From an uncultured Christensenella sp. (GTDB lineage: Bacteria > Bacillota > Clostridia > Christensenellales > UBA3700): a stretch of 64,000 bases of DNA. Below the pieces are notes generated by a model. It was not told the origin of the DNA, did not search any database, and saw only the letters and a program-made list of their open reading frames with translations. Both the position numbers and the translations under genes were made by a program. Positions 1 to 9,887 of this stretch are shown piece after piece. The DNA lies in the NCBI GenBank assembly GCA_964478025.1, contig CAYZGK010000004.1, positions 8,273 through 72,272 on the forward strand, in the 5' to 3' direction. Position 1 is the stretch's first letter. Every line of letters starts with the position of its first letter.

Positions 1-2
1 CT

Positions 3-299
3 GTATGTTTAGAAACATCACAACCAAAGTGTGATTATGAGTTTATGGCAGAAGTTGTTGGGTATGATGATGAAAAAGGTATGCTTATTGTTGAGATGAG
101 AAATAGATTTAAAGTTGGTGATACACTTGAAGTTTTGTCTAATAATGACGCTTACTGGAACAAAGAGATAACAATTACTGAAATGTATGATGAAAAAGGA
201 AGAGTAGTTGAAGATGCAAAACTTGTTCAACAAAAACTTTATATAAAAACGGATATGAAACTAACAGAAAGAGACATATTAAGAAAGAGGGTTAAATAA
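3..299 (+). CDS. U32-family peptidase-like protein, C-terminal beta-barrel domain (5' partial)
   Basis: Frame is open from the window edge (VCLETSQPKCDYEFMAEVVGYD...IVEMRNRFKVGDTLEVL), matching the U32 C-terminal pattern. Confidence 0.75.
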   Translation, partial: VCLETSQPKCDYEFMAEVVGYDDEKGMLIVEMRNRFKVGDTLEVLSNNDAYWNKEITITEMYDEKGRVVEDAKLVQQKLYIKTDMKLTERDILRKRVK

Positions 300-1642
300 T
301 GAAAAAGACAATAGTAATTTTCTATTCAAAAGGTTATTATGACCAATTAGCTATATCACTTCAAGAATACTTTTCTTCAAAGAAAGAATTAGTAAATGCT
401 GTTCTTATAGATGAGGATGATTATTCTAATTTTCATTTTGCTAGTTTTTGTCGAGGAATGTATAAATTCTCTACAAGAAATACACCAGTTATTAATAGTT
501 TAGTTGCCTTCTTTACTAAACCATTTTATGAAAGAAGAATAAAGTCAAGTTTTAAAGAAGAAAATCAAAAAGATAAAAACATAGAGGAAAATGCTCAAAC
601 CCCTAAAAATGAAAATGAGCCAATAAATGTAACAGAGCCAAATAAGATTGATGCAATAGAAAAGAAAACTAATGAAACCATAAAAGGTATAAAACAACGT
701 TTCCGTCAAGCGGACATAATTATAAAAAGATTTAACCCAGACCTTATTATATGTACAACCGCTCATTCTTTAAAGAAAGTTTTAAAGGCAAAAGAAAGAC
801 TTCAAAGTGGAGTTTTAGTATATTCTGCTATTTCAGATTTTTATGCTCACAATGGTTTTGTTTTAAAGGGTGTAGATAAGTATCTTGTATCAACAACATA
901 TGCAAAGCAAGGATTGATTCCTTTTGGAATACCTGAAGAGAATATTGAAGTTATTGGAATGCCATCAAGAAAGGGCGTAGATAGAGAGTATGACAAAGAT
1001 GAGGTGTTAACGTCCCTTGGTGTTACAAATAAAGAACTACCAAATATTGTTTTAGCTGGCGGTAGATATGGCTCAGCTAGAATAAAGACAGCACTTAAAG
1101 ATGTTGCTTTATTTTCAGACAAGGCAAATATAATCATTCTTGCAGATAAGTCAGAGACAGTTCATACTTTTGCTAAAAGTTTTTGTAAGAGTGCAAAAAT
1201 AAATGAAAATGTTTATATAATAGATTCTATTGATGATATTGCAAAGTTATACTCAATAGCAGATTGTGTAGTTTGTAACGCAACAACATATCTTGTGTAT
1301 GAAGCGCTTTGTAGAGAAATTCCAGTTGTATTAACATCACCTGTAGATTACAGGGAACAAGGAAACTATGATTTCTTAACTACAAATGGTTATTGTTTAG
1401 TAGGTTCAGATTCTGAAAAATTAAATTCAGCACTTTATACAATAATTCAAAAAGGACCAACTTATGATGACTATAAGGCTCATATAAAAAATATTTTCAT
1501 AAAAGATAGTTCTAAAAAGTTTGGAAAGTATGTTTTAGATGAATTAGATAAAGTTGCAGTAGTAAAAAATATAGAGACAAAAAGTGAAGAAAAAGTGGAA
1601 GAAAATATAGAAGAAAATAGTAAGGAGAATAAAAATGATTAA
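299..1642 (+). CDS. MGDG-synthase/UgtP-like GT28 glycosyltransferase
   Basis: FNPDLIICT, SAISDF, IEVIGMP, IVLAGGRYG, SIADCVVCNATTYLVYEALCREIPVV motifs typical of diacylglycerol glycosyltransferases. Confidence 0.75.
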   Translation: MKKTIVIFYSKGYYDQLAISLQEYFSSKKELVNAVLIDEDDYSNFHFASFCRGMYKFSTRNTPVINSLVAFFTKPFYERRIKSSFKEENQKDKNIEENAQTPKNENEPINVTEPNKIDAIEKKTNETIKGIKQRFRQADIIIKRFNPDLIICTTAHSLKKVLKAKERLQSGVLVYSAISDFYAHNGFVLKGVDKYLVSTTYAKQGLIPFGIPEENIEVIGMPSRKGVDREYDKDEVLTSLGVTNKELPNIVLAGGRYGSARIKTALKDVALFSDKANIIILADKSETVHTFAKSFCKSAKINENVYIIDSIDDIAKLYSIADCVVCNATTYLVYEALCREIPVVLTSPVDYREQGNYDFLTTNGYCLVGSDSEKLNSALYTIIQKGPTYDDYKAHIKNIFIKDSSKKFGKYVLDELDKVAVVKNIETKSEEKVEENIEENSKENKND

Positions 1643-1922
1643 GCATATTGTTATGTATAAACTTGAAAATCCAAGTGAAGAAAATAAACAAGCAATGGTA
1701 AATAAATTTCTTTCAATGAAAGGAAAGATTGATGTTTTATTAGACATTGAATCAGGTATAGATAAATTAAAGTCACCAAGAAGTTATGATGTAGTACTTA
1801 TTTGTACATTTAAATCTTTAGATGACTTAAATACATATAAAAATCATGAAGTTCATATTCCTGTAATGCAATATGTTCATAGTGTAGTAAAGGAGTCTCA
1901 TTCTGTAGATTTTGAATTTTAA
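1635..1922 (+). CDS. Dabb-family stress-responsive A/B barrel protein
   Basis: MIKHIVMYKL...YDVVLICTFKSLDDLNTYKNHEVH...SVDFE signature. Confidence 0.9.
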   Translation: MIKHIVMYKLENPSEENKQAMVNKFLSMKGKIDVLLDIESGIDKLKSPRSYDVVLICTFKSLDDLNTYKNHEVHIPVMQYVHSVVKESHSVDFEF

Positions 1923-1924
1923 TT

Positions 1925-3211
1925 ATGGCAGTAGTAATAGGAGTAGATAAAGGATCAATAGCAGAAGAACTTGGCGTTGAGATAGGCGATGAACTTATAG
2001 GCTTTAATGGTGAAAAAATTGAAGACATATTAGATTATTACTATTATGATAGCCAAGAAAAATTTGTTATTAATATGAGGGCAAAACAAGGAGATCTTGT
2101 TGATTTGGAGATAGAAAAAACTCCAAATGAACAGCTTGGAATGTCTCTAGATGATTCTGTTCAATTAAATCCTATTGTTTGTAAAAATAAATGCAAATTC
2201 TGCTTTGTTGATCAAATGAAAAAGGGCTTAAGAGATACTCTATACATTAAGGATGATGACTATAGACTATCCTTTGTTTCTGGAAGCTTTGTTACTATGA
2301 CAAATGTAACACAAAAGGAGTTAGATAGAATAGTTAAACTTCATTTATCTCCTTTGTATATATCGGTTCACGCCTATACTCCTGAGATTAAAACATATTT
2401 AGTTGCTAATCCAAATGGAGTTAAACTATTTGATCAAATGAAATTCTTAGCTGACCATGGCATAAAAATGCATACTCAAATTGTTATGTGCAAGGGTATA
2501 AATGATGGTGAAGAGTTAAAGAAAACACTAACTGAACTTGCAAAGTTAAGACCTGGTGTTGAAACAGCCGCAGTAGTTCCTGTTGGTATGACAGGTTTTA
2601 GAGATAACTTGCCACATTTAGAGCAAGTAGATAAACAGTGCGCAATAGATACTATAAAGTTAGTTGAAGACTTAAATGACGAGTTTGGTGGATGTTTTTG
2701 CTGGTGCTCTGATGAGTTTTATGTAAAAGCTGAAAAAGAAGTTCCACCTTATCAATACTATGGAAGGTTCGTTCAAATTGAAAATGGTATAGGACTTTGT
2801 CGTATGTTTATGCAAGAACTTGAAGATGAACTAAAGGAAACTAAGATAAATAATAATAAAGGAAAAATTGGATTAATAACAGGTCAATCATTTAAGGGTT
2901 ATCTAAATGAAGCAGTTAAACTTTTAAATGAAAAATTTCCAAATGTAGAATTTGTTATTTATGATATAATAAACAAGTTCTTTGGACCATCAATAACTGT
3001 TGCTGGTTTAATAACTGGTGTAGATATAAAAGATCAAGTTAAAAATAATCCAAAGGATATAATAATTCCATCAACAATGCTTCGTGAGTTTACAACAACG
3101 CTACTTGATGGTTCAACTGTTGAGGAATTAGAGAAAACATTAAATGCAAAAATACATATTAGCCAAGGCGGTGGAAGTTTGGTTAAGGTTGTAGGAGAGA
3201 TAGTAAAATGA
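1925..3211 (+). CDS. PDZ-containing radical-SAM protein (DUF512 family)
   Basis: N-terminal PDZ-like segment (GSIAEELGVEIGDEL), CxxxCxxC (CKNKCKFC), KDDDYRLSF; usual position upstream of der. Confidence 0.9.
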   Translation: MAVVIGVDKGSIAEELGVEIGDELIGFNGEKIEDILDYYYYDSQEKFVINMRAKQGDLVDLEIEKTPNEQLGMSLDDSVQLNPIVCKNKCKFCFVDQMKKGLRDTLYIKDDDYRLSFVSGSFVTMTNVTQKELDRIVKLHLSPLYISVHAYTPEIKTYLVANPNGVKLFDQMKFLADHGIKMHTQIVMCKGINDGEELKKTLTELAKLRPGVETAAVVPVGMTGFRDNLPHLEQVDKQCAIDTIKLVEDLNDEFGGCFCWCSDEFYVKAEKEVPPYQYYGRFVQIENGIGLCRMFMQELEDELKETKINNNKGKIGLITGQSFKGYLNEAVKLLNEKFPNVEFVIYDIINKFFGPSITVAGLITGVDIKDQVKNNPKDIIIPSTMLREFTTTLLDGSTVEELEKTLNAKIHISQGGGSLVKVVGEIVK

Positions 3212-4536
3212 AAAAAATGCCACTCATAGCAATTGTAGGAAGACCTAATGTAGGAAAAAGTGCTCTTTTCAATAAAATTGTTGGAAAGAAAGTTTCCATT
3301 GTAGAGGACTTTGAAGGTGTTACTAGAGATAGAGTTTATTGCGATGGTGAATGGTGTGGCAAGAAGTTTACTTTGATAGACACTGGCGGTCTTGATGTTA
3401 AAAGTGAAGATGTTATGTGGTCTCATATAAGAGAACAAGCAAATATAGCATTAGATTTAGCAGACGCTATTATATTTGTTGTTGATGGAAGAGCTGGAAT
3501 GACATCAAATGATATAGAGGTTGCAAATATTTTAAGAAAAACCAAAAAGCCTATAGTTATTGCAGCAAATAAGATAGATAATAATGAAACCGACAATATT
3601 TATGATTTTTATGAACTAGCACTTGGTGAAGTTATACCAGTATCAGCTATTCATGGAGTTGGGGTTGGTGATTTACTTGAAGCAGTTCTTACAAACTTTG
3701 AAGCTCAAGATGATGAAAGTGATGATGAAAAAACAATAAAGATTGCTATTGTTGGAAAGCCAAATGCTGGTAAAAGTTCACTTACAAATAAAATACTTGG
3801 AGTAGATAGAACAATTGTTTCAAATATTGCAGGAACTACCCGTGATGCAATAGATACTCCTTTTGAGTATAAAGGACAAAAATGCAAAATCATAGATACT
3901 GCAGGTATTAGAAAAAAAGCATCGGTTGAAGAAGGAATAGAACAATATTCAGTAATAAGATCACTTGCTGCAATTAGAGAAGCTGATGTAGTACTTGTCG
4001 TTGTAGATTCTTATGATGGGTTTACTGAGCAAGATACAAAAATTTGCGGTTATGTTCATGAACAAGGTAAGCCATCAGTTATTGTTATGAATAAATGGGA
4101 CTTAATAGAAAAAGATACATTTACAATTAACAAATTTAATGATTATTTAGAGCAAGAACTTAATTTTATGGATTATTTTGTTCCAGTATATATATCAGCA
4201 AAAACTGGTCAAAGAGTAGATAAATTATTAGATACTATATTTGAGGTATATCAAGAAAACTCAAAGGAAGTATCTAAGAGTATATTAAATGAAGTTGTTG
4301 CAGATGCAATTGTTGCTGTTGAACCACCTTCAACACACGGAAAGAGACTTAGAGTTTTCTATGTAACTCAAGCTCAAGCAAATCCTCCAGTCTTTATATT
4401 CTTTGTAAATGATCAAACACTTGTGCATTTTAGTTATTCTAGATATTTAGAAAATGTATTAAGAAAAGCGTTTACATTTAAAGGAACTCCTATTAAATTA
4501 ATATTTAGGGATAAGAAAGACGAGGAAAATATATAA
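3208..4536 (+). CDS. der: Ribosome biogenesis GTPase Der (EngA)
   Basis: Two G domains (GRPNVGKS/DTGG/NKID and GKPNAGKS/DTAG/NKWD) plus KH-like C-terminus. Confidence 0.98.
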   Translation: MKKMPLIAIVGRPNVGKSALFNKIVGKKVSIVEDFEGVTRDRVYCDGEWCGKKFTLIDTGGLDVKSEDVMWSHIREQANIALDLADAIIFVVDGRAGMTSNDIEVANILRKTKKPIVIAANKIDNNETDNIYDFYELALGEVIPVSAIHGVGVGDLLEAVLTNFEAQDDESDDEKTIKIAIVGKPNAGKSSLTNKILGVDRTIVSNIAGTTRDAIDTPFEYKGQKCKIIDTAGIRKKASVEEGIEQYSVIRSLAAIREADVVLVVVDSYDGFTEQDTKICGYVHEQGKPSVIVMNKWDLIEKDTFTINKFNDYLEQELNFMDYFVPVYISAKTGQRVDKLLDTIFEVYQENSKEVSKSILNEVVADAIVAVEPPSTHGKRLRVFYVTQAQANPPVFIFFVNDQTLVHFSYSRYLENVLRKAFTFKGTPIKLIFRDKKDEENI

Positions 4537-4569
4537 GAGAAAAAAAAATTTTAAATGGAGATATAAAAT

Positions 4570-5838
4570 ATGAACTACTTAGAATTAGGTAAAGAAAAGT
4601 TAGCTCAATTATTAGACAAGGTCAACGTTGAGTACGAAGAAATTAAGAAAATGGGATATAAAGTAGATATTTCTCGTGGTAAACCATGTTCTGAACAATT
4701 AGATATTGGTATGGAAATGTTTAAAGATCTTGATAAGAAACTAGTAAACATGCCAAAGAACTATAGAAACTATGGTTTGCTTTCTGGTATTCCTGAAATG
4801 AAAGAAATTTTCGGTCAAATACTTGGATTAAAACCTGAAAATATTATTGTTGGTGGTAACTCATCATTAAACTTAATGTATGACACTGTTCAAAGAAATT
4901 TACAATTTGGTGTTTGTGGTGGAAAGCCATGGAATGAAGGTAAAATAAAATTTATTTGTCCAATTCCAGGATATGATAGACACTTTGCAATAACAGAGCA
5001 TTTTGGTATAGAAATGATTTCTGTTCCAATGAATGAAGATGGTCCAGTTATGGATGTCGTTGAAAAATTAGTTCAAATGGATGAATCTATTAAAGGTATG
5101 TGGTGTGTTCCAAAATATGCAAATCCAACAGGTGTTACATACTCAAATGAAGTAGTTGAAAGATTAGCAAAAATGAAAACTAAAGCAAATGACTTTAGAA
5201 TTTTCTGGGATAACGCTTATGCAGTTCATGATTTAACAGATACTCCAGATAAGCTTGCAAATATTATGACTATTGCGGAGAAGTATAACAATGAAGATAG
5301 AATTTATGAATTCACTTCAACATCTAAAATAACACTAGCAGGATCTGGTGTTGGATGTATTGGAGCCTCTACAAGAAACCTTGAAGATATTATGTCTCAT
5401 TTAACATACGAAACAATCTCTTATGATAAATTAACTCAATACATACACTATGTTTATCTAAAAGACATGAATAATATTGCAAACATTATGAAAAAGCAAA
5501 GAGAAATTATTAAGCCTAAGTTTGATAAGTTTATTGCTGCATTTACTGAGGAATTTGCAAAGGATTCTAATATTGCAAGTTGGACAAATCCTAATGGTGG
5601 ATATTTTATTTCACTTGATGTTTATCCAGGTTGTGCAAAGAGAGTATATGAACTTTGTAAAGATGCAGGTTTAACATTAACAAAGGTTGGTGCTGCATTC
5701 CCATACTCAAGAGATGATGATGATAAGACATTAAGAATAGCTCCAACATTTACATCAAATGAAGATTTAGATGTTTCTATAAAGATCTTAATTTGTTGTG
5801 TAAAGAAAGCTTGCATGGAAAAATTAATTCAAGGTTAA
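4570..5838 (+). CDS. PLP-dependent class I/II aminotransferase
   Basis: DISRGKP, PGYDRHF, VPKYANPTG, WDNAY, STSKIT (PLP lysine), LRIAPT motifs. Confidence 0.9.
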   Translation: MNYLELGKEKLAQLLDKVNVEYEEIKKMGYKVDISRGKPCSEQLDIGMEMFKDLDKKLVNMPKNYRNYGLLSGIPEMKEIFGQILGLKPENIIVGGNSSLNLMYDTVQRNLQFGVCGGKPWNEGKIKFICPIPGYDRHFAITEHFGIEMISVPMNEDGPVMDVVEKLVQMDESIKGMWCVPKYANPTGVTYSNEVVERLAKMKTKANDFRIFWDNAYAVHDLTDTPDKLANIMTIAEKYNNEDRIYEFTSTSKITLAGSGVGCIGASTRNLEDIMSHLTYETISYDKLTQYIHYVYLKDMNNIANIMKKQREIIKPKFDKFIAAFTEEFAKDSNIASWTNPNGGYFISLDVYPGCAKRVYELCKDAGLTLTKVGAAFPYSRDDDDKTLRIAPTFTSNEDLDVSIKILICCVKKACMEKLIQG

Positions 5839-5839
5839 T

Positions 5840-6382
5840 ATGAAGATAATAATAGCATCAGATATTCATGGATCAAAATATAGCGCAGAAAAACTTCAAC
5901 AAAGTTTTATAAAAGAAGGCGCAGATAAAATGGTTTTACTTGGAGATATATATAATCATGGACCAAGAAATCCATTTCCAAGAGATTATGCTCCAATGGA
6001 AGTAGCTAAGATTTTAAATTCAATTAAAGATAAAATTTTAGTAATAAAGGGTAATTGCGATAGTGAAGTTGATCAAATGATTTCAGAATTCACATTTGTT
6101 GAGCAAGCACAATTACTTTTAGATTCAGGTATTGTAATTACTTGTACACACGGACATAAACTAAATAAAGACAATTTAACATCAAGCGTTGGGGATGTGC
6201 TTGCGTATGGACATTTTCATGTAAATATGATGGAAAAACAAAATGGGATTTGGATTATAAATCCAGGTTCTTGTGCGCTTCCTAAAGAAAATAGTGTAGC
6301 AGGCTATATTTTAATTGATGGAAATAAGATGTATCAAAAAGATCTTGATGGAAATATTATTAATCAAGAAATTATAAAATAG
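5840..6382 (+). CDS. YfcE-type metallophosphoesterase
   Basis: ASDIHGS, LGDIYNHGPRN, KGNCD, THGH, GHFH, NPGS motifs. Confidence 0.92.
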   Translation: MKIIIASDIHGSKYSAEKLQQSFIKEGADKMVLLGDIYNHGPRNPFPRDYAPMEVAKILNSIKDKILVIKGNCDSEVDQMISEFTFVEQAQLLLDSGIVITCTHGHKLNKDNLTSSVGDVLAYGHFHVNMMEKQNGIWIINPGSCALPKENSVAGYILIDGNKMYQKDLDGNIINQEIIK

Positions 6383-6394
6383 ATAGGTGATTAT

Positions 6395-6718
6395 ATGGCA
6401 AAAAATTCTAAAAATTCAAATAATTCTGTTTTAAATTTATCTTGCGTAATAGCAATAATTCTTGCTGTTGTAATTTATATATTACAAATAATTTGTCACT
6501 TTACAGCTTCAGTCGAATTTATGGCAGGATTTGTTAATTTTATTAGTAAAATAAATGGTTATTTAACTAAAGTAAAAGATGTTTTATTAGCCTTAGTTGT
6601 AATATTATGTGGATTTAGATACGCAGGTTCTTTATCTAAAGGTGGATGGAAAACAACAGTGTATGTATTTTGCATAATTTTTACAATTTTACTAGTTGTT
6701 GGCATAATTATACTATAA
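6395..6718 (+). CDS. Small membrane protein (about 3 TM helices), function unknown
   Basis: RBS AGGTGA; three hydrophobic stretches. Confidence 0.7.
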   Translation: MAKNSKNSNNSVLNLSCVIAIILAVVIYILQIICHFTASVEFMAGFVNFISKINGYLTKVKDVLLALVVILCGFRYAGSLSKGGWKTTVYVFCIIFTILLVVGIIIL

Positions 6719-6797
6719 ATAGACACATAACGTATATTTATTTAGTTTTAAAATTATAGTATAATATTAGTATATAACAATAAGTTTTGGAGGAAAT

Positions 6798-8033
6798 ATG
6801 AAAAAAACTTTAATTTTAGTTGTACTACTATTAGCTTGTATAAGCATGGGTATGGTAGGATGTACATCTCAAAACAATACACAACAAGTTTTTGAATTAC
6901 AAGACCAAGATGAAATAACTGAAGTAGTAAATACTCCAGTGCTAGATGAAATTGTAGAAGAAAAATCTACAGAAGAAAATGTTGTTGTGATTGAAAAGGA
7001 TGATAGTCCTGCTCAAGATGTAAAAGAAGAATCTAATACTTCAATTACTGAAGTTACAAATTCAAATGATTTATCTTTAGAATCTGTTGGTATGGCAGGT
7101 ATATCTGTTGAACTTACTGACGTTGCTTCAGGTAAAGAAATTACAGGTTATTCTAACGTAACAAAAGAAGATGTAGTTTTAGCTAAAGGAGAGAATACAA
7201 TTGTAGGAATTGGAGCAGGTGCATTTAAAAATCTTACAACTATTAAATCAATTGATTTATCTAGCCTTACAGACTTAACTTACATAAGCGAGAAAGCATT
7301 TTCAGGTTGTACAAATTTAACAACTATAAAATTGCCATCATCTGTTACTTCTTTTGGCAAGTTAGCTTTCTACCAAACAAAGTGGCTTGATGTCCAAAGA
7401 GCCAACTCAGATCAAAGATTAGTTATAGTTAATAATGTTTTAGTTGATGGAAAAACAGCAGAAGGTGATATTACTATTCCAGATACTGTAACAAGTATTG
7501 CACCAAGTGCTTTTTCATATAACTATAAAATGACAAGTCTTACAACAGGTGCTTCATCGCCTCTTGTAGATATCCCAGAACAAGCATTTTGTAATTGTGT
7601 AGCTTTAAAAACTGTTACAATCCCTACAATAAAAACTATTGGCGAAAGAGCATTTATGTCATGTAAAAAATTAACAACAATTTCTATGTCTAATTTAAAT
7701 ACTATAGGAAATATGTCTTTTGCTAATTGTGTAGCACTAACTGCATTAGACTTTGTTGCTAGTCAAAACTTTAAGTCAATAGATTATGGTGCTTTCATGG
7801 GATGTAGTAAGATTGAAACTGTAAATTTTGGTAACTCAATTGAAACTATAGGAATAGCTGCTTTTTATCAATGTGAATCACTAAATAAAATAGAGTTCTC
7901 TAGTTCTAATTTAGCTTCAATTGGAGATGGGGCTTTCCAAGCTTGTAGTAAGCTTGCAACAGTGACTGGAATTAATAGTGCTTCTATTGGTATCGGAGCA
8001 TTCTTTGGAACTAAATACTCAAGTGGTTCTTAA
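6798..8033 (+). CDS. BspA-type (LRR_5) leucine-rich-repeat lipoprotein
   Basis: Lipobox MVGC at residue 22; repeated IGxxAFxxCxxLxxI units. Confidence 0.9.
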   Translation: MKKTLILVVLLLACISMGMVGCTSQNNTQQVFELQDQDEITEVVNTPVLDEIVEEKSTEENVVVIEKDDSPAQDVKEESNTSITEVTNSNDLSLESVGMAGISVELTDVASGKEITGYSNVTKEDVVLAKGENTIVGIGAGAFKNLTTIKSIDLSSLTDLTYISEKAFSGCTNLTTIKLPSSVTSFGKLAFYQTKWLDVQRANSDQRLVIVNNVLVDGKTAEGDITIPDTVTSIAPSAFSYNYKMTSLTTGASSPLVDIPEQAFCNCVALKTVTIPTIKTIGERAFMSCKKLTTISMSNLNTIGNMSFANCVALTALDFVASQNFKSIDYGAFMGCSKIETVNFGNSIETIGIAAFYQCESLNKIEFSSSNLASIGDGAFQACSKLATVTGINSASIGIGAFFGTKYSSGS

Positions 8034-8047
8034 TTAATAGAGTTATA

Positions 8048-8077
8048 GGAAGGAGGCTTTAGGGCTTCCTTCTTTTT
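8048..8077 (+). terminator. Intrinsic terminator
   Basis: GGAAGGAGGC/GCTTCCTTCT stem followed by T tract. Confidence 0.75.
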
Positions 8078-8119
8078 GTAAAGTATATAAAACATTTCTT
8101 ATAAAAAGGAAGGTAAAAT

Positions 8120-9763
8120 ATGAAAGATTTTTTAGAAAAAGTTAAAGTATTTTTTGCAAATCTTGGTGTAAAAATTTCTGAATTTTGCAAAAAACTTGGC
8201 AAAAGAAATTTAATTATTATTTCAGCTGTAATAGTAGTTGTTCTAATTGCTATTATTGTTCCATGTGCAGTAGTTGGAGCAAATAAAAGTAGTGGAAATA
8301 GTAATAATGGTGGAAACACTACAATAAGTGGTGGAGAAACTGGTGGTTCAACTGGTGGAGAAACTGGAGGATCAACTGGCGGAGAAACTGGAGGATCAAC
8401 TGGCGGCGGTGAAACAGGTGGCTATGATAATACAGCTGCTAAAGATTTTACTCTTGTAGCACTTGCTGATGGTACATATAAAGTAACTGGTTATACGGGA
8501 TCTTCTACTGCAATAGTATTCCCATCAAAATATAACGGAAAAGATGTTACAGAGATAGATGAAGCAATATTTAAGGATAAAACAACAATAAAGAGTGTTG
8601 TTATACCAAATAGTATAAAAATTATTGATAGTGAAGCATTTGCAAACTGTACAGGTCTTGAGAGTGTTACTTTAGGTACAGGATTAAAAGAAATTGGTTG
8701 GTATGCGTTTGATAATTGTTCTTCACTTACAAGTATTACAATTCCTGGTAATGTTGACACAATTGGTTTTTATTCATTCTCTAATTGTACAGGATTAACT
8801 ACTGTTAATATTGAAAATGGAGTAAGGTGTATAGAAAAACAGGCATTTTTGAGTTGTACAAGTCTTACAAATTTAACTCTTCCAAATACTTTAACAAACA
8901 TAGAAAGTGGGGCATTTTTATCAACACCAGTGTATACTAACAATTGCATTACAGAAAATGGATTAAAATATTTTGGCTATAATGGTAATTCACATTATTT
9001 ACTTGTGGAGGCAGAAAGTGACTCTCAAACTACTTATAGTATAAATGCTGATACAAAAATTATTGGTGGTTGGGCTTTTTATGGTTGTGAACAAATGACA
9101 TCTATAACCATTCCAAGTGGCGTAACGGCTATTGGAAGTGGAGCATTTGATGGTTGTTCTGCTTTAACAAGTATAATTATTCCAAACGGCGTTACAACTA
9201 TTGAAGATGATTTATTTGATGAATGTTCAGCTTTAGCTAGTGTAACTATTCCAAGTAGTGTAACAAAAATTGGAGATTCTGCTTTTTATCATTCTGGTAT
9301 AGAAAGTATTGTTATTCCTGATAGTGTAACAAAAATTGGAGATGAAGCCTTTGATGGTTGTACTAAACTTTCAAGTGTTTCAATTGGAACAGGTGTAACA
9401 AGTATTGGTAAACGTGCATTTAGGCTTACTGTTCTTACAAGTATTACAATTCCTGGTAATGTACTTAAAATTGACCAGTTTGCTTTTTTGAGTTGTGAAA
9501 ACCTTAGTAGTGTTACACTTGAAGATGGTATAACAGAAATTGAAAGAGAAGTTTTTAAAGGCTGTACGGCTTTAACTACTATAACCATTCCAACAAGTGT
9601 GAATTATATGGGCGATTATGTATTTTGTAGTTGTAAATCAGATTTAGTAATTAATATTAAAAAATCTGAATCCTCTACTTCAAATTGGGAAACTACATGG
9701 AGTGGTATCGATGTAGATCAACCACGTGATACACAATACATTCACTGGGATTATAGTGACTAA
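8120..9763 (+). CDS. BspA-type (LRR_5) surface protein with N-terminal membrane anchor and Gly/Thr linker
   Basis: N-terminal TM helix, GGETGGST repeats, many TSITIPxSVTxIGxxAFxxC repeats. Confidence 0.92.
   Translation: MKDFLEKVKVFFANLGVKISEFCKKLGKRNLIIISAVIVVVLIAIIVPCAVVGANKSSGNSNNGGNTTISGGETGGSTGGETGGSTGGETGGSTGGGETGGYDNTAAKDFTLVALADGTYKVTGYTGSSTAIVFPSKYNGKDVTEIDEAIFKDKTTIKSVVIPNSIKIIDSEAFANCTGLESVTLGTGLKEIGWYAFDNCSSLTSITIPGNVDTIGFYSFSNCTGLTTVNIENGVRCIEKQAFLSCTSLTNLTLPNTLTNIESGAFLSTPVYTNNCITENGLKYFGYNGNSHYLLVEAESDSQTTYSINADTKIIGGWAFYGCEQMTSITIPSGVTAIGSGAFDGCSALTSIIIPNGVTTIEDDLFDECSALASVTIPSSVTKIGDSAFYHSGIESIVIPDSVTKIGDEAFDGCTKLSSVSIGTGVTSIGKRAFRLTVLTSITIPGNVLKIDQFAFLSCENLSSVTLEDGITEIEREVFKGCTALTTITIPTSVNYMGDYVFCSCKSDLVINIKKSESSTSNWETTWSGIDVDQPRDTQYIHWDYSD
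8330..8422 (+). repeat. 24-nt tandem coding repeat (GGETGGST x3 plus partial)
   Basis: GGTGGAGAAACTGG(T/A)GG(T/A)TCAACT units at 8330, 8354, 8378. Confidence 0.9.
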
Positions 9764-9815
9764 AGTTGTTGAGAATTAACTTAAAGAATAGAGTATTTTA
9801 AGTTTATAAGAAAAC

Positions 9816-9848
9816 AAAAAACCATGAGCGAAATGTTCATGGTTTTTT
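9816..9848 (+). terminator. Intrinsic terminator
   Basis: AAAAACCATGAGC-GAAAT-GTTCATGGTTTTT. Confidence 0.8.
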
Positions 9849-9887
9849 AGTTGTATAAAGAAAAAATTATATTATATAATTTTGAAT

